Assembly: GCA_022340745.1 (NCBI GenBank)
Contig: JAJDNL010000019.1
Coordinates: 1 to 61,111, forward strand
Direction of reading: 5' to 3'
Length of the DNA: 61,111 bases
DNA from: Deltaproteobacteria bacterium
GTDB taxonomy: Bacteria; Desulfobacterota; Syntrophobacteria; BM002
Position numbers and translations under genes: made by a program. The notes below the pieces were generated by a model, which worked only from the letters and a program-made list of their open reading frames with translations, had not been told where the DNA came from and searched no databases. This document shows, one piece after another, positions 19,117 through 29,163 of the stretch. Position 1 is the stretch's first letter. Each line of letters begins with the position of its first letter.

Positions 19117-19614
19117 TTACATCTTATATTTGCCGAAGTCCTCCGGTGAGAGATTTTCTAAAATATCAGTCCACTTCTTGGCTTCTTCGTCTTTGATTTC
19201 CACCTTGGCAGTGGGGTCCAGCTTGCCTGATTTCTCTATTACCTGCTCGTCCACATAAATTCGGGCGTTAGCTCTCAGAGCTATGGCAAGAGCGTCACTG
19301 GGTCGAGCGTCTATCCGAGTCTCTTCGCCGTTCACAGTCAGATAGATCCAAGCGTAAAAAGTATTATCCCGCAGGTCGCAGACCTCGACCTTTTCAACCT
19401 TGGCCCCCAAATGGCCCATCAGGTTCTTGATTAGATCATGCGTCATAGGACGGGAAAACTCGACCTTTTCAAGTTCAGTGGCAATGGCAGTAGCCTCTAA
19501 TAAGCCAATCCAGATGGGCAAAGATGTTTCGCTATCAGGATCTTTCAACACAACAATGGGCGTATTCGTTTGCGGGTCCATGGTGAGACCCGATATTATC
19601 ATTTCCCGCACCAT
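19117..19614 (-). CDS. Bifunctional nuclease family (DUF151) protein
   Basis: LPIWIGLLEA, RPMTHDL, IDARPSDALAIALR. Confidence 0.92.
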   Translation of the reverse strand: MVREMIISGLTMDPQTNTPIVVLKDPDSETSLPIWIGLLEATAIATELEKVEFSRPMTHDLIKNLMGHLGAKVEKVEVCDLRDNTFYAWIYLTVNGEETRIDARPSDALAIALRANARIYVDEQVIEKSGKLDPTAKVEIKDEEAKKWTDILENLSPEDFGKYKM

Positions 19615-20993
19615 GATCTCTCCTTCACACCTTTCAAGCTCACGTTATCGTCCACACAAACCACAGCCTCCAATGAGTGGGCATGTCCTGCGGTAATGAG
19701 AACAGGTATCTGCTCACCAACAAGCTCTGGTGGTCCCTGAAAATTCACCACCCGGTTCTGTGGGGTTCGCCCGCTGAGTTGGGATCCTCCGACCTGACTC
19801 GGACCCTCCACCAACACCCGAGTGGTTTGCCCCACCTGTGCTTCGTTCTTCTCTAGCGTTATACGCTCTTGCAAACTCTGAAGAGTTTGCAGTCGCTGCA
19901 GTTTAACTTCTTCCTCCACCTTGCCATCCAGACGGCTAGCCGCCGTCTGTGGTCTATCAGAGTACTTGAAAGAGAAAAGCGCATCAAAGCGAACTTCCTC
20001 CAGCAGGCTCAGGCTCCCCTGAAAGTCCCCCTCATTCTCACCGGGAAATCCAACAATCATGTCTGAGGATACCGCCACGTCCTCTCTTATTGCCTTCAAC
20101 TCTTTCACCAGTCGAAGGTAGTGTTCCCGCGTGTACCCCCGCTTCATTCGTTTTAGAATCCGGTCAGACCCTGATTGCACCGGAAGATGGATGTGAGGGC
20201 AAAGTGGCTCGATATCCGCAAAACACTGCATAAGTGACGGCGACAGGTCTTTGGGGTGCGAGGTGGTAAACCGAATCCGCAGCAACCCCTCCACGTGGGC
20301 TACTCGCCTCAGCAATCCAGCAAAATCCAGTTCCTCCGCAACTCCTTGGCCATAGGAGTTCACATTCTGGCCCAAAAGCGTGACCTCCCGTACGCCGCCC
20401 TCAACCAGGCTTGTCACCTCCCGAACAATCTCGTCGCTCGGACGGCTGCGCTCCGCACCACGGACCATTGGCACTATGCAGTAGGTGCAGAAATTATCAC
20501 AACCTCTCATGATAGTTACGTAAGCGCTCACTTCAGGCCTACACAGCTGCGACCGACCGTCAGACTCATCACCAAAATCGTAGGAAAAATCCACAAAGGC
20601 CTGCCGTTCTCCGGTCGTCTCATAACGAGAGAGCATGGCCGGCACTCTACTGACGCCATGTGTCCCTACCACAAGATCCAGGTGCGGAAGCCGTCGCAGC
20701 AGATCCTCGCCATGCTGCTGAGCCACGCAGCCACCGAGAGCCACTACCAGTCCCGGCTGGCTGCGCTTGAGTTGTTTGAGACGGCCCAGGTAGCTGAATG
20801 CCTTTTGCTCGGCTTTGTCGCGAACAGTGCAGGTGTTGATGAAGATAAAATCCGCCTGGCGATAATCATCCACAGGCTGGAAATCTTCCTCACCAAGTAT
20901 TTCCACCAAACGTTCACTGTCGTAACGGTTCATCTGGCAGCCGAACGTTCGGATAAATAGCCGCCTGATCTTTTTATCACCAATTGCGCTCAC
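19599..20993 (-). CDS. miaB: tRNA ms2i6A37 methylthiotransferase MiaB
   Basis: TFGCQMN, NTCTVR, radical-SAM GCDNFCTYC, HLPVQSGS, C-terminal TRAM domain. Confidence 0.96.
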   Translation of the reverse strand: MSAIGDKKIRRLFIRTFGCQMNRYDSERLVEILGEEDFQPVDDYRQADFIFINTCTVRDKAEQKAFSYLGRLKQLKRSQPGLVVALGGCVAQQHGEDLLRRLPHLDLVVGTHGVSRVPAMLSRYETTGERQAFVDFSYDFGDESDGRSQLCRPEVSAYVTIMRGCDNFCTYCIVPMVRGAERSRPSDEIVREVTSLVEGGVREVTLLGQNVNSYGQGVAEELDFAGLLRRVAHVEGLLRIRFTTSHPKDLSPSLMQCFADIEPLCPHIHLPVQSGSDRILKRMKRGYTREHYLRLVKELKAIREDVAVSSDMIVGFPGENEGDFQGSLSLLEEVRFDALFSFKYSDRPQTAASRLDGKVEEEVKLQRLQTLQSLQERITLEKNEAQVGQTTRVLVEGPSQVGGSQLSGRTPQNRVVNFQGPPELVGEQIPVLITAGHAHSLEAVVCVDDNVSLKGVKERSWCGK

Positions 20994-21781
20994 GAGTCAG
21001 TCCCGGTGTTCTTTTCTAATTCCTTCTTCAGCCTCGCGATCTCCTTTGTGGCCTGAGATAGCCGTTTGGCCAAAGTCCGAATGATCCTTTTTGCGATCTC
21101 CGGATGTTCCTCAATCATATCTTGAATGTTGTCCGCTGAATAGACCTGGACAACACTATTACCTTTGGAAATTATGGTCGCCGAGCGCACCTTGTTCAAC
21201 ACGCTTGCCATTTCGCCAAAAAACTCGCCGGGATTCGTAATGCGCCCGACTTCCCTGCTACCCTTTGAGACCACTAATCCCTGCTCAGTGGATATCAGTT
21301 TGAAGATGTCAGTGTCTTTGCCCCCCTCCTCGATAATGACCTCGTTGTCTCCGTAAAAGCAGACGTCTATATTTTCCGCCTTAGGCCCCGCCTCTTCTTG
21401 ACCCGCAGCTTGGCTGGTCTGTGCAAGCTGCTCGAGTAACGACAGGAGAACCCCCTTACTCATCTGGGGTCGCTCGTACAGTATGAATTCTATCGCTTCT
21501 CTGTCATACATGGCGATTCGGGTCTTATCTATTGAACAAGTGCTGACACTGGAAGGCCTATTGAAAAAACAGCTCTCTAGGCCGAATACATCTCTCTCTC
21601 CAAGAACGGCAAGCTGTCGCCCGTGGCGGGTGACCTTTACGTTACCGCTGAGCACTACATAAAAATGACTGCTGTGCTCACCTTCGGCAATGATTTCCTC
21701 ATCTTCTCCGTAGGTGCGGATCTCCAGGGCTGTTGCCCCATCTTCTAGGTCAACATCTTCCCGCCATTTTTCATCCGCCAC
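20990..21781 (-). CDS. Tandem cyclic-nucleotide-binding domain protein
   Basis: Two cNMP domains (VFGLE..RPSS; FFGEMA..RSAT); no HTH. Confidence 0.85.
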   Translation of the reverse strand: MADEKWREDVDLEDGATALEIRTYGEDEEIIAEGEHSSHFYVVLSGNVKVTRHGRQLAVLGERDVFGLESCFFNRPSSVSTCSIDKTRIAMYDREAIEFILYERPQMSKGVLLSLLEQLAQTSQAAGQEEAGPKAENIDVCFYGDNEVIIEEGGKDTDIFKLISTEQGLVVSKGSREVGRITNPGEFFGEMASVLNKVRSATIISKGNSVVQVYSADNIQDMIEEHPEIAKRIIRTLAKRLSQATKEIARLKKELEKNTGTDS

Positions 21782-21910
21782 GGCATCACCTTGTCAGCCC
21801 CAGCCAGGGAGGCTGTTCTCTGCGGCTCCATGTAAAGACTAGTCACATGGAGGTTAATCTTTATCCCAGCCGCCCGCAATTTTCAAGAGCAAAGCATTGT
21901 TTATTAGGGT

Positions 21911-22156
21911 TTATCCCGCCGGACTGATCCGCTTGAGCTCCAGTTCTTGACCCAAGGCCTCCAGCAAAACCTTCAGGCTTCCATGACGTCCAGGTGGCAC
22001 TGCCATCTGCACAAGTCCTTTTTGAGGATCCAGCGTGGTCAACGTTGTCAGCCCCTCATATGCCTCCAGGATAAATTTCAGATAGTGGATTTCGTGAGGA
22101 TCAACCTGGTATGTCCACAGGGCTGAACGCTGTTGGGGACTGACTTTAACAGCCAT
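21911..22156 (-). CDS. DUF4911-like small protein
   Basis: IHYLKFILEAYEGL..LTTLD motif, upstream of miaB. Confidence 0.75.
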   Translation of the reverse strand: MAVKVSPQQRSALWTYQVDPHEIHYLKFILEAYEGLTTLTTLDPQKGLVQMAVPPGRHGSLKVLLEALGQELELKRISPAG

Positions 22157-22226
22157 TGACCACCTCCTGAAAACGATGCGATCACGTTACCATGTTTACC
22201 CTAACGTTGCAAACCTGAAGGTATAG

Positions 22227-22595
22227 TCAGGTTTCAGGTGTCGGGTGTCAGGTGTCAGGGAAAAGAAACGTAGAATCCAATAGTCAGTAGCCAGTAGCCC
22301 ACAGTTCGGGTACAGGGTGCAGGGTATAAGGTACAGGGAATTATGTGACTTCTGTTCAGTGCTTTACCCTGTACCTTGCACCTTGTATCTTGTACCGGAA
22401 TTTCCCTGTATTCTGACCTCTAATCTGCGTCTCACCGTTTCTCCGCGTCCCCGCGTCATCTTGTAGTGCTTACTGCCTAGTACAAGTATCTGCCTGCTGC
22501 TAGCCGCCAGCTGCCTTTTGCTTTTCAAATTCGCAATCCGCAATTCGAAATTCGAAATTGTCTCCCCATGCTCTATGCCCCATGCCCCATGCCCT
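22227..22595. repeat. Multi-family nested short-repeat spacer
   Basis: (GGTGTCA)n, (CAGTAGC)n, (GGTACAG)n vs (CCTTGTA)n, (CCGCGTC)n, a 58-bp block shared with 15646-15703, (ATGCCCC)n. Confidence 0.8.
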
Positions 22596-22723
22596 CAATG
22601 ACAGCCGATCTGAGAGCATGGGGAAACTCTTCTTTTGCCTTGACTTGCAGGAACGCTTGGGATTTATTGTGCCGGACAATCATTATCACAAACCCATATA
22701 TTGGCCGTGGGCAGGACAAGTAC

Positions 22724-24466
22724 ATGCAGAACACTGAGTCCACTCCAGAGACGATCCAGGGAGTCCGCTACCAGTGGCAGCTAAAAACCCCCTATCACGA
22801 CCTGGCCCAGGAGATTGAAACGGCCCTCGGACTACCCCCTTTGGTTGCCTTGATTCTCACCACTCGGCACATCACTTCTACAACTCAGGCTAACGACTAC
22901 CTCGATTGCCGGCTCGAAAACCTCCACCCTCCAGACAATATGCCAGATCTCGATAAAGCGGTTAGTCGCATCGTCAGAGCTTTAGAGCAAAGAGAGCAGA
23001 TAGCTGTCTACGGCGACTATGACGTGGACGGTATTACTGCCACCGCGCTGCTGGTGCACTTCCTTTCCTCGTTAGATGGGGCAGTACGTTGGTACATACC
23101 GCACCGTCTTCAGGAAGGTTACGGTCTCAACAGGAAAGCTCTTCAAACTATGCATGGCGAGGGCGTCGCTCTGGTCATCACTGTGGACTGCGGCATTACA
23201 AATCATGAGGCTATTGAAGTGGCCGGCAAACTCGGACTGGATGTAATTGTCACCGACCATCACCTGCCTCCACATTCCCTTCCGGCAGCACTCGCCCTAA
23301 TAAATCCCAAACGGAGTGAAAAAACAGAAGAACTCAGGGATCTTACCGGCGTCGGTGTTGCCTTCTATCTAGCCGCCGCGCTTCGAGCCCACTTCCGCCG
23401 CGCGGGCCGGTACGCCACCTCTGAGCAGCCCGACCTTAAAAAATATCTCGCCTGGGTCGCCCTCGGCACATTGGCGGACATGGCCCCTCTTACCGGCACG
23501 AACCGGATTCTTGCACGTTTCGGTCTGATAGAACTTACCCGAACTTCCAACTGCGGGCTGCAAGCTCTCAAGGCAATTTGTGGTCTGGAGAAAAGCACAA
23601 TTAATGACTGGGACGTCTTGTTTCGGTTGGGCCCCCGTCTCAACGCTCCTGGGCGACTGGCGAGTGGGGACCTGGCTGTGCGCTTTCTCCTTAGCACTGA
23701 TTCTGCCGAGACCCGGAATCTGGCCCTTGAAATCGAAGAACTCAACCGGCAGCGCCAGCATGAGGAAAAACAGCTCTTGGCCGAGGCTTTGTACCTTGTG
23801 GAGGCGGATAGCTCTCTTGAGCAGAGCAGTTCGTTGGTTCTTGCCTCACCCGGCTGGCACAAGGGAATATTGGGCCTCGTGGCCTCCCGCCTCGTCGAGC
23901 GTTTCAACAAACCGACCATCCTCCTCACCCAAGTGGACCAGCACTGGGAGGGGTCTGGCCGTAGTTTTGGTACCTTCGATCTTTATCAGGCGTTGTATAG
24001 CTGTAGAGATCACCTGGTGCGCTTCGGCGGCCACAAACAGGCAGCAGGACTGGGTCTCAAAAAAGAGCTACTGACAGAATTCCGTACTGCATTCGAAAGC
24101 ATTGTGGAGGAGCAAATGGACCCAGAAGACATCCGCCGAACAATAAAAGTGGATGCTATGGTTCATCTTGATGAGATTACTCCTGAGTTGATGGCATATC
24201 TGGAACGAATGCAACCTTACGGCGTAGACAATCCAGAACCCGTTTTCTGTTGTTGTGGTTTTCAGGTGGAAAATCTGCAGATACTCAAGGGGCGCCACTT
24301 ACAGTTGCGGTTGCGGCAGGGAAAAGCACGCCTCGGCGCCATTGGCTTCAACTTCATTGAGTCCGATCATCCACCTCCGGTTCCGGAGTGGCTGCTTTTC
24401 AGCCCTCGATGGAATTATTGGCAGGGCCAGAACCGCATTCAGTTGCACTTGCATGATTATAAATAG
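22724..24466 (+). CDS. recJ: Single-stranded DNA exonuclease RecJ
   Basis: YGDYDVDG, TVDCG, VTDHH, LGTLAD, PRLNAPGR, FGGHKQAAG; the ORF-track extension lies in repeats. Confidence 0.95.
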   Translation: MQNTESTPETIQGVRYQWQLKTPYHDLAQEIETALGLPPLVALILTTRHITSTTQANDYLDCRLENLHPPDNMPDLDKAVSRIVRALEQREQIAVYGDYDVDGITATALLVHFLSSLDGAVRWYIPHRLQEGYGLNRKALQTMHGEGVALVITVDCGITNHEAIEVAGKLGLDVIVTDHHLPPHSLPAALALINPKRSEKTEELRDLTGVGVAFYLAAALRAHFRRAGRYATSEQPDLKKYLAWVALGTLADMAPLTGTNRILARFGLIELTRTSNCGLQALKAICGLEKSTINDWDVLFRLGPRLNAPGRLASGDLAVRFLLSTDSAETRNLALEIEELNRQRQHEEKQLLAEALYLVEADSSLEQSSSLVLASPGWHKGILGLVASRLVERFNKPTILLTQVDQHWEGSGRSFGTFDLYQALYSCRDHLVRFGGHKQAAGLGLKKELLTEFRTAFESIVEEQMDPEDIRRTIKVDAMVHLDEITPELMAYLERMQPYGVDNPEPVFCCCGFQVENLQILKGRHLQLRLRQGKARLGAIGFNFIESDHPPPVPEWLLFSPRWNYWQGQNRIQLHLHDYK

Positions 24467-24558
24467 GCATGGAGTTCGGAGCGTACTCCCTGCTGGCTGA
24501 CCGCTGATAGCTGACAGCTGACCTAATAATCCTTGCCAAGCCTCGAACCCTATGCTAA

Positions 24559-24815
24559 TGAAAATGCTACAGCTCGCCCTGTTGAATAGGGTTCCTTTCG
24601 GGAAATTCAACAGGGCGAGCGCATTCCCCGTAGCGACTCGACCTGAGCGACTCGACCTGAGCGACACGACTTGAGCGACTCGACCTGAGCTCGTCGACAG
24701 GTCTCGTCGACAGGTCTTGCTGCGGGGTTAGCGAGCGAACTATAATAAAATGGAATCATTTCCTTACATTTCGAAGATTCCCTGCCCGCCGCAGGCGGAC
24801 TGCAGGGAGCTTCAA
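24559..24815. mobile_element. MITE family A copy 2 (reverse orientation; 2x13-mer + 4x14-mer; extra hairpin insert)
   Basis: TGAAAATGCT ... CTGCAGGGAGCTTCAA with the conserved core GGGGTTAGCGAGCGAACTAYAATAAAATGGAAT. Confidence 0.88.
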
Positions 24816-24898
24816 TTGGAGCCCTGCCATTACCGTTCTACATGCAGTAAAGAATCTGGACCCAAAGGACCTGGCTTTGGACTGCCCTCTTGATGCAA

Positions 24899-25046
24899 GG
24901 CGCTAAGCGCAGAGCGCAAAGCGTGAGGTAAACAGTAAACGGTCAACGGTAAACCGATTGTGCACTGGCTCCGAGACCGCTCACCGTCTACCATTTGCCG
25001 TTTACTTATTTTTTCGCTATGCGCCATGCGCTATGCCCTATGCGAT
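24899..25046. repeat. Two-layer nested heptamer element (homologue at 50579-50720)
   Basis: Outer GCGCTAA/GCGCAAA vs CTATGCG units; inner GTAAACR vs CCRTTTR units. Confidence 0.8.
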
Positions 25047-25139
25047 CTGACCTGGCCATAGGGACCAGGTTTTCCGTGTTGAACAAACAGGACCAGCCAC
25101 AGGGCTCTTCCTAACCACTAGCATTCAATGTTGAAGGGG

Positions 25140-26333
25140 ATGATGAAAGCTCTACTCTATAAGGTTTCTTGGGCCGTATTAGTCTTGTGGTTGTTCGTCT
25201 TCACCCTTTCTTCTTCTGCCCTAGCCCAGGACAGAGATCTGAGCAGACCGCTGGTGGCCTCTGGCACCAGGCCCATGCTGGAGCAGGACTCAGCAGACGC
25301 ACGAAAATTGGCCCTGGAGGAGGCTTTACGCGCTGCTGTGGAAGAGGCTCTCAATTGGCTCCTTCCCTCCGATCGCATTGTCCGTTATTATCCGCTGCTG
25401 TTGGATCATATCCTCAAGGAGCCCATGAGTTACATCCAGGACTATCAGATAGTCCATGAAGGTGTGACCTTTGGGCTCTATAGGGTGACCGTGCTAACAA
25501 CCCTGTACACCGAGGGGCTGACGCGTAAATTGCGCCGTCTTGGTCTATTTCTGGCTGCCAGCGAGCGTCCTCGGATTTTACTCCTGGTTGCTGAGCGCAC
25601 CAGCCCGGAGGACCCCTGGCATTGGTGGTGGCAGACTTCGCTGGTGGAACATCAACAGTTTATATTTTCTCGGGCTCTAGCAAAGCTTATGTCTGACCAA
25701 GGTTTGGTGCCACTTGATCCGAAGCTTTTTTTGGAAAGCTTACCTGAGGATCCGATCTACCAGGAACCTGTGTTGACTGATGAGCAGGGTGGCGCCTTGG
25801 CTAAGGCTCTGGGAGCGGATGTGGCCATACTGGGTCAGGTTACTCACCTACCCGGTAGCACGGATTCAACTGGAATGGCCAGCGGCTCTCTACGAGCAGT
25901 GAGAGTGGAAAGTGATAAGATTCTTGCCCGGGTCTCCGGCACTGTCCAGGTCCAACCTTCCAGCGAGCATGCAGCATTTGACTACGGTTTTACTGCCTTG
26001 GCAGAACGCCTGGCCCCACATCTGGTGAGTGGTGTACTGGCTCCCTTTGTCACCGTATCCCGTGCCCCAAAGGAGATTACCCTCCAGGTTGAAGGAGTGA
26101 GGTCCTATGGTGATCTCATCCTTATCAAGGAGCACCTCCAACGCGCTCCTGCGGTAAAAGAAATCAAACAGATTCAGCTGAAGGCAGACTTGGGATCTTT
26201 TACCCTCGTTTTGGCGGGAAATCTTGAAGATTTGGAGAGTGCACTTGAGGGTCATGACTTCGGCACTTTTGTTACCACCGCCGAAGTGACCGACGAAAAC
26301 ATCATGGCAGTGACTATCCTCAGCAAGAGGTAA
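25140..26333 (+). CDS. Exported protein, FlgT N-terminal-like domain
   Basis: Signal peptide (SSSALA); ARKLALEEALRAAVEEA helix; start could be 25128, 25140 or 25143. Confidence 0.65.
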   Translation: MMKALLYKVSWAVLVLWLFVFTLSSSALAQDRDLSRPLVASGTRPMLEQDSADARKLALEEALRAAVEEALNWLLPSDRIVRYYPLLLDHILKEPMSYIQDYQIVHEGVTFGLYRVTVLTTLYTEGLTRKLRRLGLFLAASERPRILLLVAERTSPEDPWHWWWQTSLVEHQQFIFSRALAKLMSDQGLVPLDPKLFLESLPEDPIYQEPVLTDEQGGALAKALGADVAILGQVTHLPGSTDSTGMASGSLRAVRVESDKILARVSGTVQVQPSSEHAAFDYGFTALAERLAPHLVSGVLAPFVTVSRAPKEITLQVEGVRSYGDLILIKEHLQRAPAVKEIKQIQLKADLGSFTLVLAGNLEDLESALEGHDFGTFVTTAEVTDENIMAVTILSKR

Positions 26334-26345
26334 ACCTCTCCTCCC

Positions 26346-26903
26346 ATGACCATCCCGAATTTCCTCACAATCTTGCGCGTTTTGCTGACACCAGTGCTGG
26401 TTATTTTACTCCTCGAAGAACGCCTCAGTGAGGCTCTTCTCGTCTTTATAATAGCAGGAGTCACTGACGGACTCGACGGTCTGATAGCCCGACTGTATAA
26501 GCAGAAATCCAGGTTGGGCGCCTTCCTAGATCCTCTAGCAGACAAGTTGCTTCTGGCTACCACCTACGTAATTTTGGCCGTCCAGAGTCTGGTTCCACGG
26601 TGGCTCACCGTCATTGTTCTCAGCCGGGACGTGCTCATCGTTTTGGGGGTATTCGTTCTCTTCATGCAAGACCTACCTTTCGAAATCAAACCTACCCTTG
26701 CCAGCAAGCTGACCACCTGTGCCCAGATCATTACCGCAATTGTCACCATGGCAACAGCCTTGTGGACACCTCACCCGATTCTCAAACATACCCTTTTTTA
26801 CCTCACTGGCGCGGTTACGATTGTGTCCTGGGGTCAATATATGGTCCGGGGAGTTCGCATTATGCAGGAGGCAGGACATAGCCAGAAAGGCACGAAGCAC
26901 TAA
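26346..26903 (+). CDS. CDP-alcohol phosphatidyltransferase (PgsA-like)
   Basis: MTIPNFLTILR; TDGLDGLIAR...SRLGAFLDPLADK signature. Confidence 0.93.
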   Translation: MTIPNFLTILRVLLTPVLVILLLEERLSEALLVFIIAGVTDGLDGLIARLYKQKSRLGAFLDPLADKLLLATTYVILAVQSLVPRWLTVIVLSRDVLIVLGVFVLFMQDLPFEIKPTLASKLTTCAQIITAIVTMATALWTPHPILKHTLFYLTGAVTIVSWGQYMVRGVRIMQEAGHSQKGTKH

Positions 26904-27039
26904 ACACATTTATCATTTCGCATTTCGCCTCTGGTCTCGCAAATAACACTACTGCCTGCTGCTTGCTGCCCGCTGGTGTAGGGGAAATTTCTCTTGACAG
27001 TGACCACCTGTCTTGATACTTAGTAGATGCTTTAATCAT

Positions 27040-27114
27040 AGGCACGTAGCTCAGGGGGAGAGCACTACCTTGACGCGGTAGGGGTCTGGGGTTCAAATCC
27101 CCACGTGCCTACCA
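27040..27114 (+). tRNA. tRNA-Val(GAC)
   Basis: Acceptor AGGCACG/CGTGCCT, D stem GCTC/GAGC, anticodon stem CTACC/GGTAG with GAC at 27072-27074, T loop TTCAAAT, encoded CCA. Confidence 0.96.
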
Positions 27115-27177
27115 GATCTACTCTTCAAAGGTGTTGATAACGACCTTCATGCGAATTAACAAATAGTAGTCAGCTTG

Positions 27178-27217
27178 AGGCATCGGCGAGGTAGAACTCG
27201 GGTGCCTTTTCTTATTT
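27178..27217 (+). terminator. Terminator-like hairpin between tRNA-Val and thrS
   Basis: AGGCATC..CGAG/CTCG..GGTGCCT followed by TTTCTTATTT. Confidence 0.55.
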
Positions 27218-27234
27218 AGTGAGATGGAAAAGCA

Positions 27235-29163
27235 ATGGACGAAATAAATGTATCGATTGAGGGTGGTGAAAGCCAGCGCTTGCCAAAGGGTATAAGTGCA
27301 GGAGAAGCTCTGGAACGGTTGCGGAAGAAAAAGGGCATCCCCGCAGTTGCTGCTAAGATAAATGGCGAACTTTTTGATCTCAGCAAACCGCTGGAACAGG
27401 ATTGCACCATTGAGCCGCTGAACCAGAATAACGAAAAGGCCCTGGAGATTCTTCGCCACACTGCTTCGCACGTCATGGCCCAGGCGGTGCAAAGCCTGTA
27501 CCCGGAAGCTAAAATCACTATTGGCCCAGCCATCGAAAACGGCTTCTACTATGATTTTGATTACCCTGAAACCTTCAGTGTAGAGGATATTCCCAAAATC
27601 GAAGCTAAAATGCAGGAGATAATCCAGCAAGCTTCGCCTGTGTTGCGCAGGGAACTAGATCGGCAGGAAGCAATCCAAGTCTTCACTGAACGTGACGAGA
27701 CCTACAAGGTCGAAATGCTGGAGGAGATGGAGGAACCGGTGGTGTCGGTCTACGGACAGGATGATTGGCTTGACCTCTGCCGCGGCCCTCACTTGGTTAA
27801 TACCAGTGAGGTCAAAGCCTTCAAGCTCACCGGAGTCGCCGGAGCCTACTGGCGGGGTGACGAACGCAATCCAATGCTGCAGCGCATTTACGGCACAGCC
27901 TTTTTTTCAAAGAAGGATCTCAAGAGACATCTACAGCTTCTTGAGGAAGCAAAAAAACGAGATCACCGTAAGTTGGGGAAACAACTGGATCTCTTCCATG
28001 TAAGTGACGAGGCGGGACCAGGACTGGTCATCTATCATCCCAAAGGAGCTTTGCTCCGCCACATCATAGAGACCTTCGAAAAGGAAGCGCATCTCCGCCG
28101 CGGGTATCAAATGGTCAGCGGGCCGCAACTGCTCAAGACCGAAATGTGGAAACAGTCGGGGCATTTCGAAAATTACCGGGAAAACATGTACTTCACAGAG
28201 GTGGAAGGCCAGTCTTATGGTATCAAACCCATGAACTGTCTGGCCCATATGCTCATCTATAAATCCGCAATTCGTTCTTACCGGGATCTGCCCATACGAT
28301 ATTTTGAGATGGGTCTGGTGCATCGACACGAAAAGTCCGGGGTGCTTCATGGCCTGACCCGAGTGCGTCAATTCACTCAAGATGATGCTCATCTCATCTG
28401 TACTCCGGAACAACTGAACGACGAGATCAAAGGAGTTATTGATTTTGCCCTGGACATGCTGGAGTTATTTGGTTTCGAGTACGAGATTGAACTCAGCACC
28501 CAACCAGAGAAGCGTATCGGCACTGACGAAGATTGGGAAAGGGCCACCGTCGCTCTGGAAAAAGCACTTATTGACAAACAGATCCCGTATACAATTTGTG
28601 CCGGTGAAGGCGCATTTTATGGTCCCAAAATCGACATCCTTCTGAAGGATGCCTTAAATCGTCGCTGGCAGTGCTCCACCATTCAGTGCGACTTCACCCT
28701 GCCGGAGCGTTTTGATCTAACGTACATCGGGCCTGATGGTGGAAAGCACCGTCCGGTGATGCTCCATCGCACCCTTCTTGGCAGTATGGAACGCTTCCTA
28801 GGGGTTCTCATCGAACATTACGCCGGCGCCTTTCCCACCTGGCTGGCACCGGTACAGGCCATCATCCTCACAGTTACCGACCGGCACCAATCGTACGGCG
28901 AGGAACTCTACAAGAAGCTGTTGAATAATGGCATACGAGTGGAAAAGGACTTACGGAACGAAAAATTGGGCTACAAGATCAGAGAAGCACAGCTTCAGAA
29001 GATTCCTTACATGCTCGTAGTGGGAGACCGGGAGGTTGAAGCCGCTGGAGTCTCACCTCGCCGAAGAGACGGTAAGGATTTGAAGCTCATGGAGGTGGCG
29101 GATTTCGTTGAACTGGTTCGAGAAGAAAACGCGGTAGCTGATTCGATTTTTGCAATAGCATAG
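27235..29163 (+). CDS. thrS: Threonine--tRNA ligase
   Basis: TGS and editing domains (RHTASH, DLCRGPH), RDHRKLG, KPMNC, GLTRVRQF, FYGPKID. Confidence 0.98.
   Translation: MDEINVSIEGGESQRLPKGISAGEALERLRKKKGIPAVAAKINGELFDLSKPLEQDCTIEPLNQNNEKALEILRHTASHVMAQAVQSLYPEAKITIGPAIENGFYYDFDYPETFSVEDIPKIEAKMQEIIQQASPVLRRELDRQEAIQVFTERDETYKVEMLEEMEEPVVSVYGQDDWLDLCRGPHLVNTSEVKAFKLTGVAGAYWRGDERNPMLQRIYGTAFFSKKDLKRHLQLLEEAKKRDHRKLGKQLDLFHVSDEAGPGLVIYHPKGALLRHIIETFEKEAHLRRGYQMVSGPQLLKTEMWKQSGHFENYRENMYFTEVEGQSYGIKPMNCLAHMLIYKSAIRSYRDLPIRYFEMGLVHRHEKSGVLHGLTRVRQFTQDDAHLICTPEQLNDEIKGVIDFALDMLELFGFEYEIELSTQPEKRIGTDEDWERATVALEKALIDKQIPYTICAGEGAFYGPKIDILLKDALNRRWQCSTIQCDFTLPERFDLTYIGPDGGKHRPVMLHRTLLGSMERFLGVLIEHYAGAFPTWLAPVQAIILTVTDRHQSYGEELYKKLLNNGIRVEKDLRNEKLGYKIREAQLQKIPYMLVVGDREVEAAGVSPRRRDGKDLKLMEVADFVELVREENAVADSIFAIA

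Noticed and set aside
20256-20960. 234-aa ORF antisense to miaB, and similar shadows in lon, pheT, mutL and valS
   Set aside because: Fully overlapped by conserved genes and lacking motifs.
26994-27022. Sigma70 promoter for tRNA-Val (also TTGACA at 45863 and on the minus strand at 42089)
   Set aside because: Perfect -35 but no convincing -10 at 16-18 bp spacing.
27040-27114. tRNA as an integration site for a genomic island
   Set aside because: No integrase, no duplicated tRNA 3' end, and the flanks are core genes.
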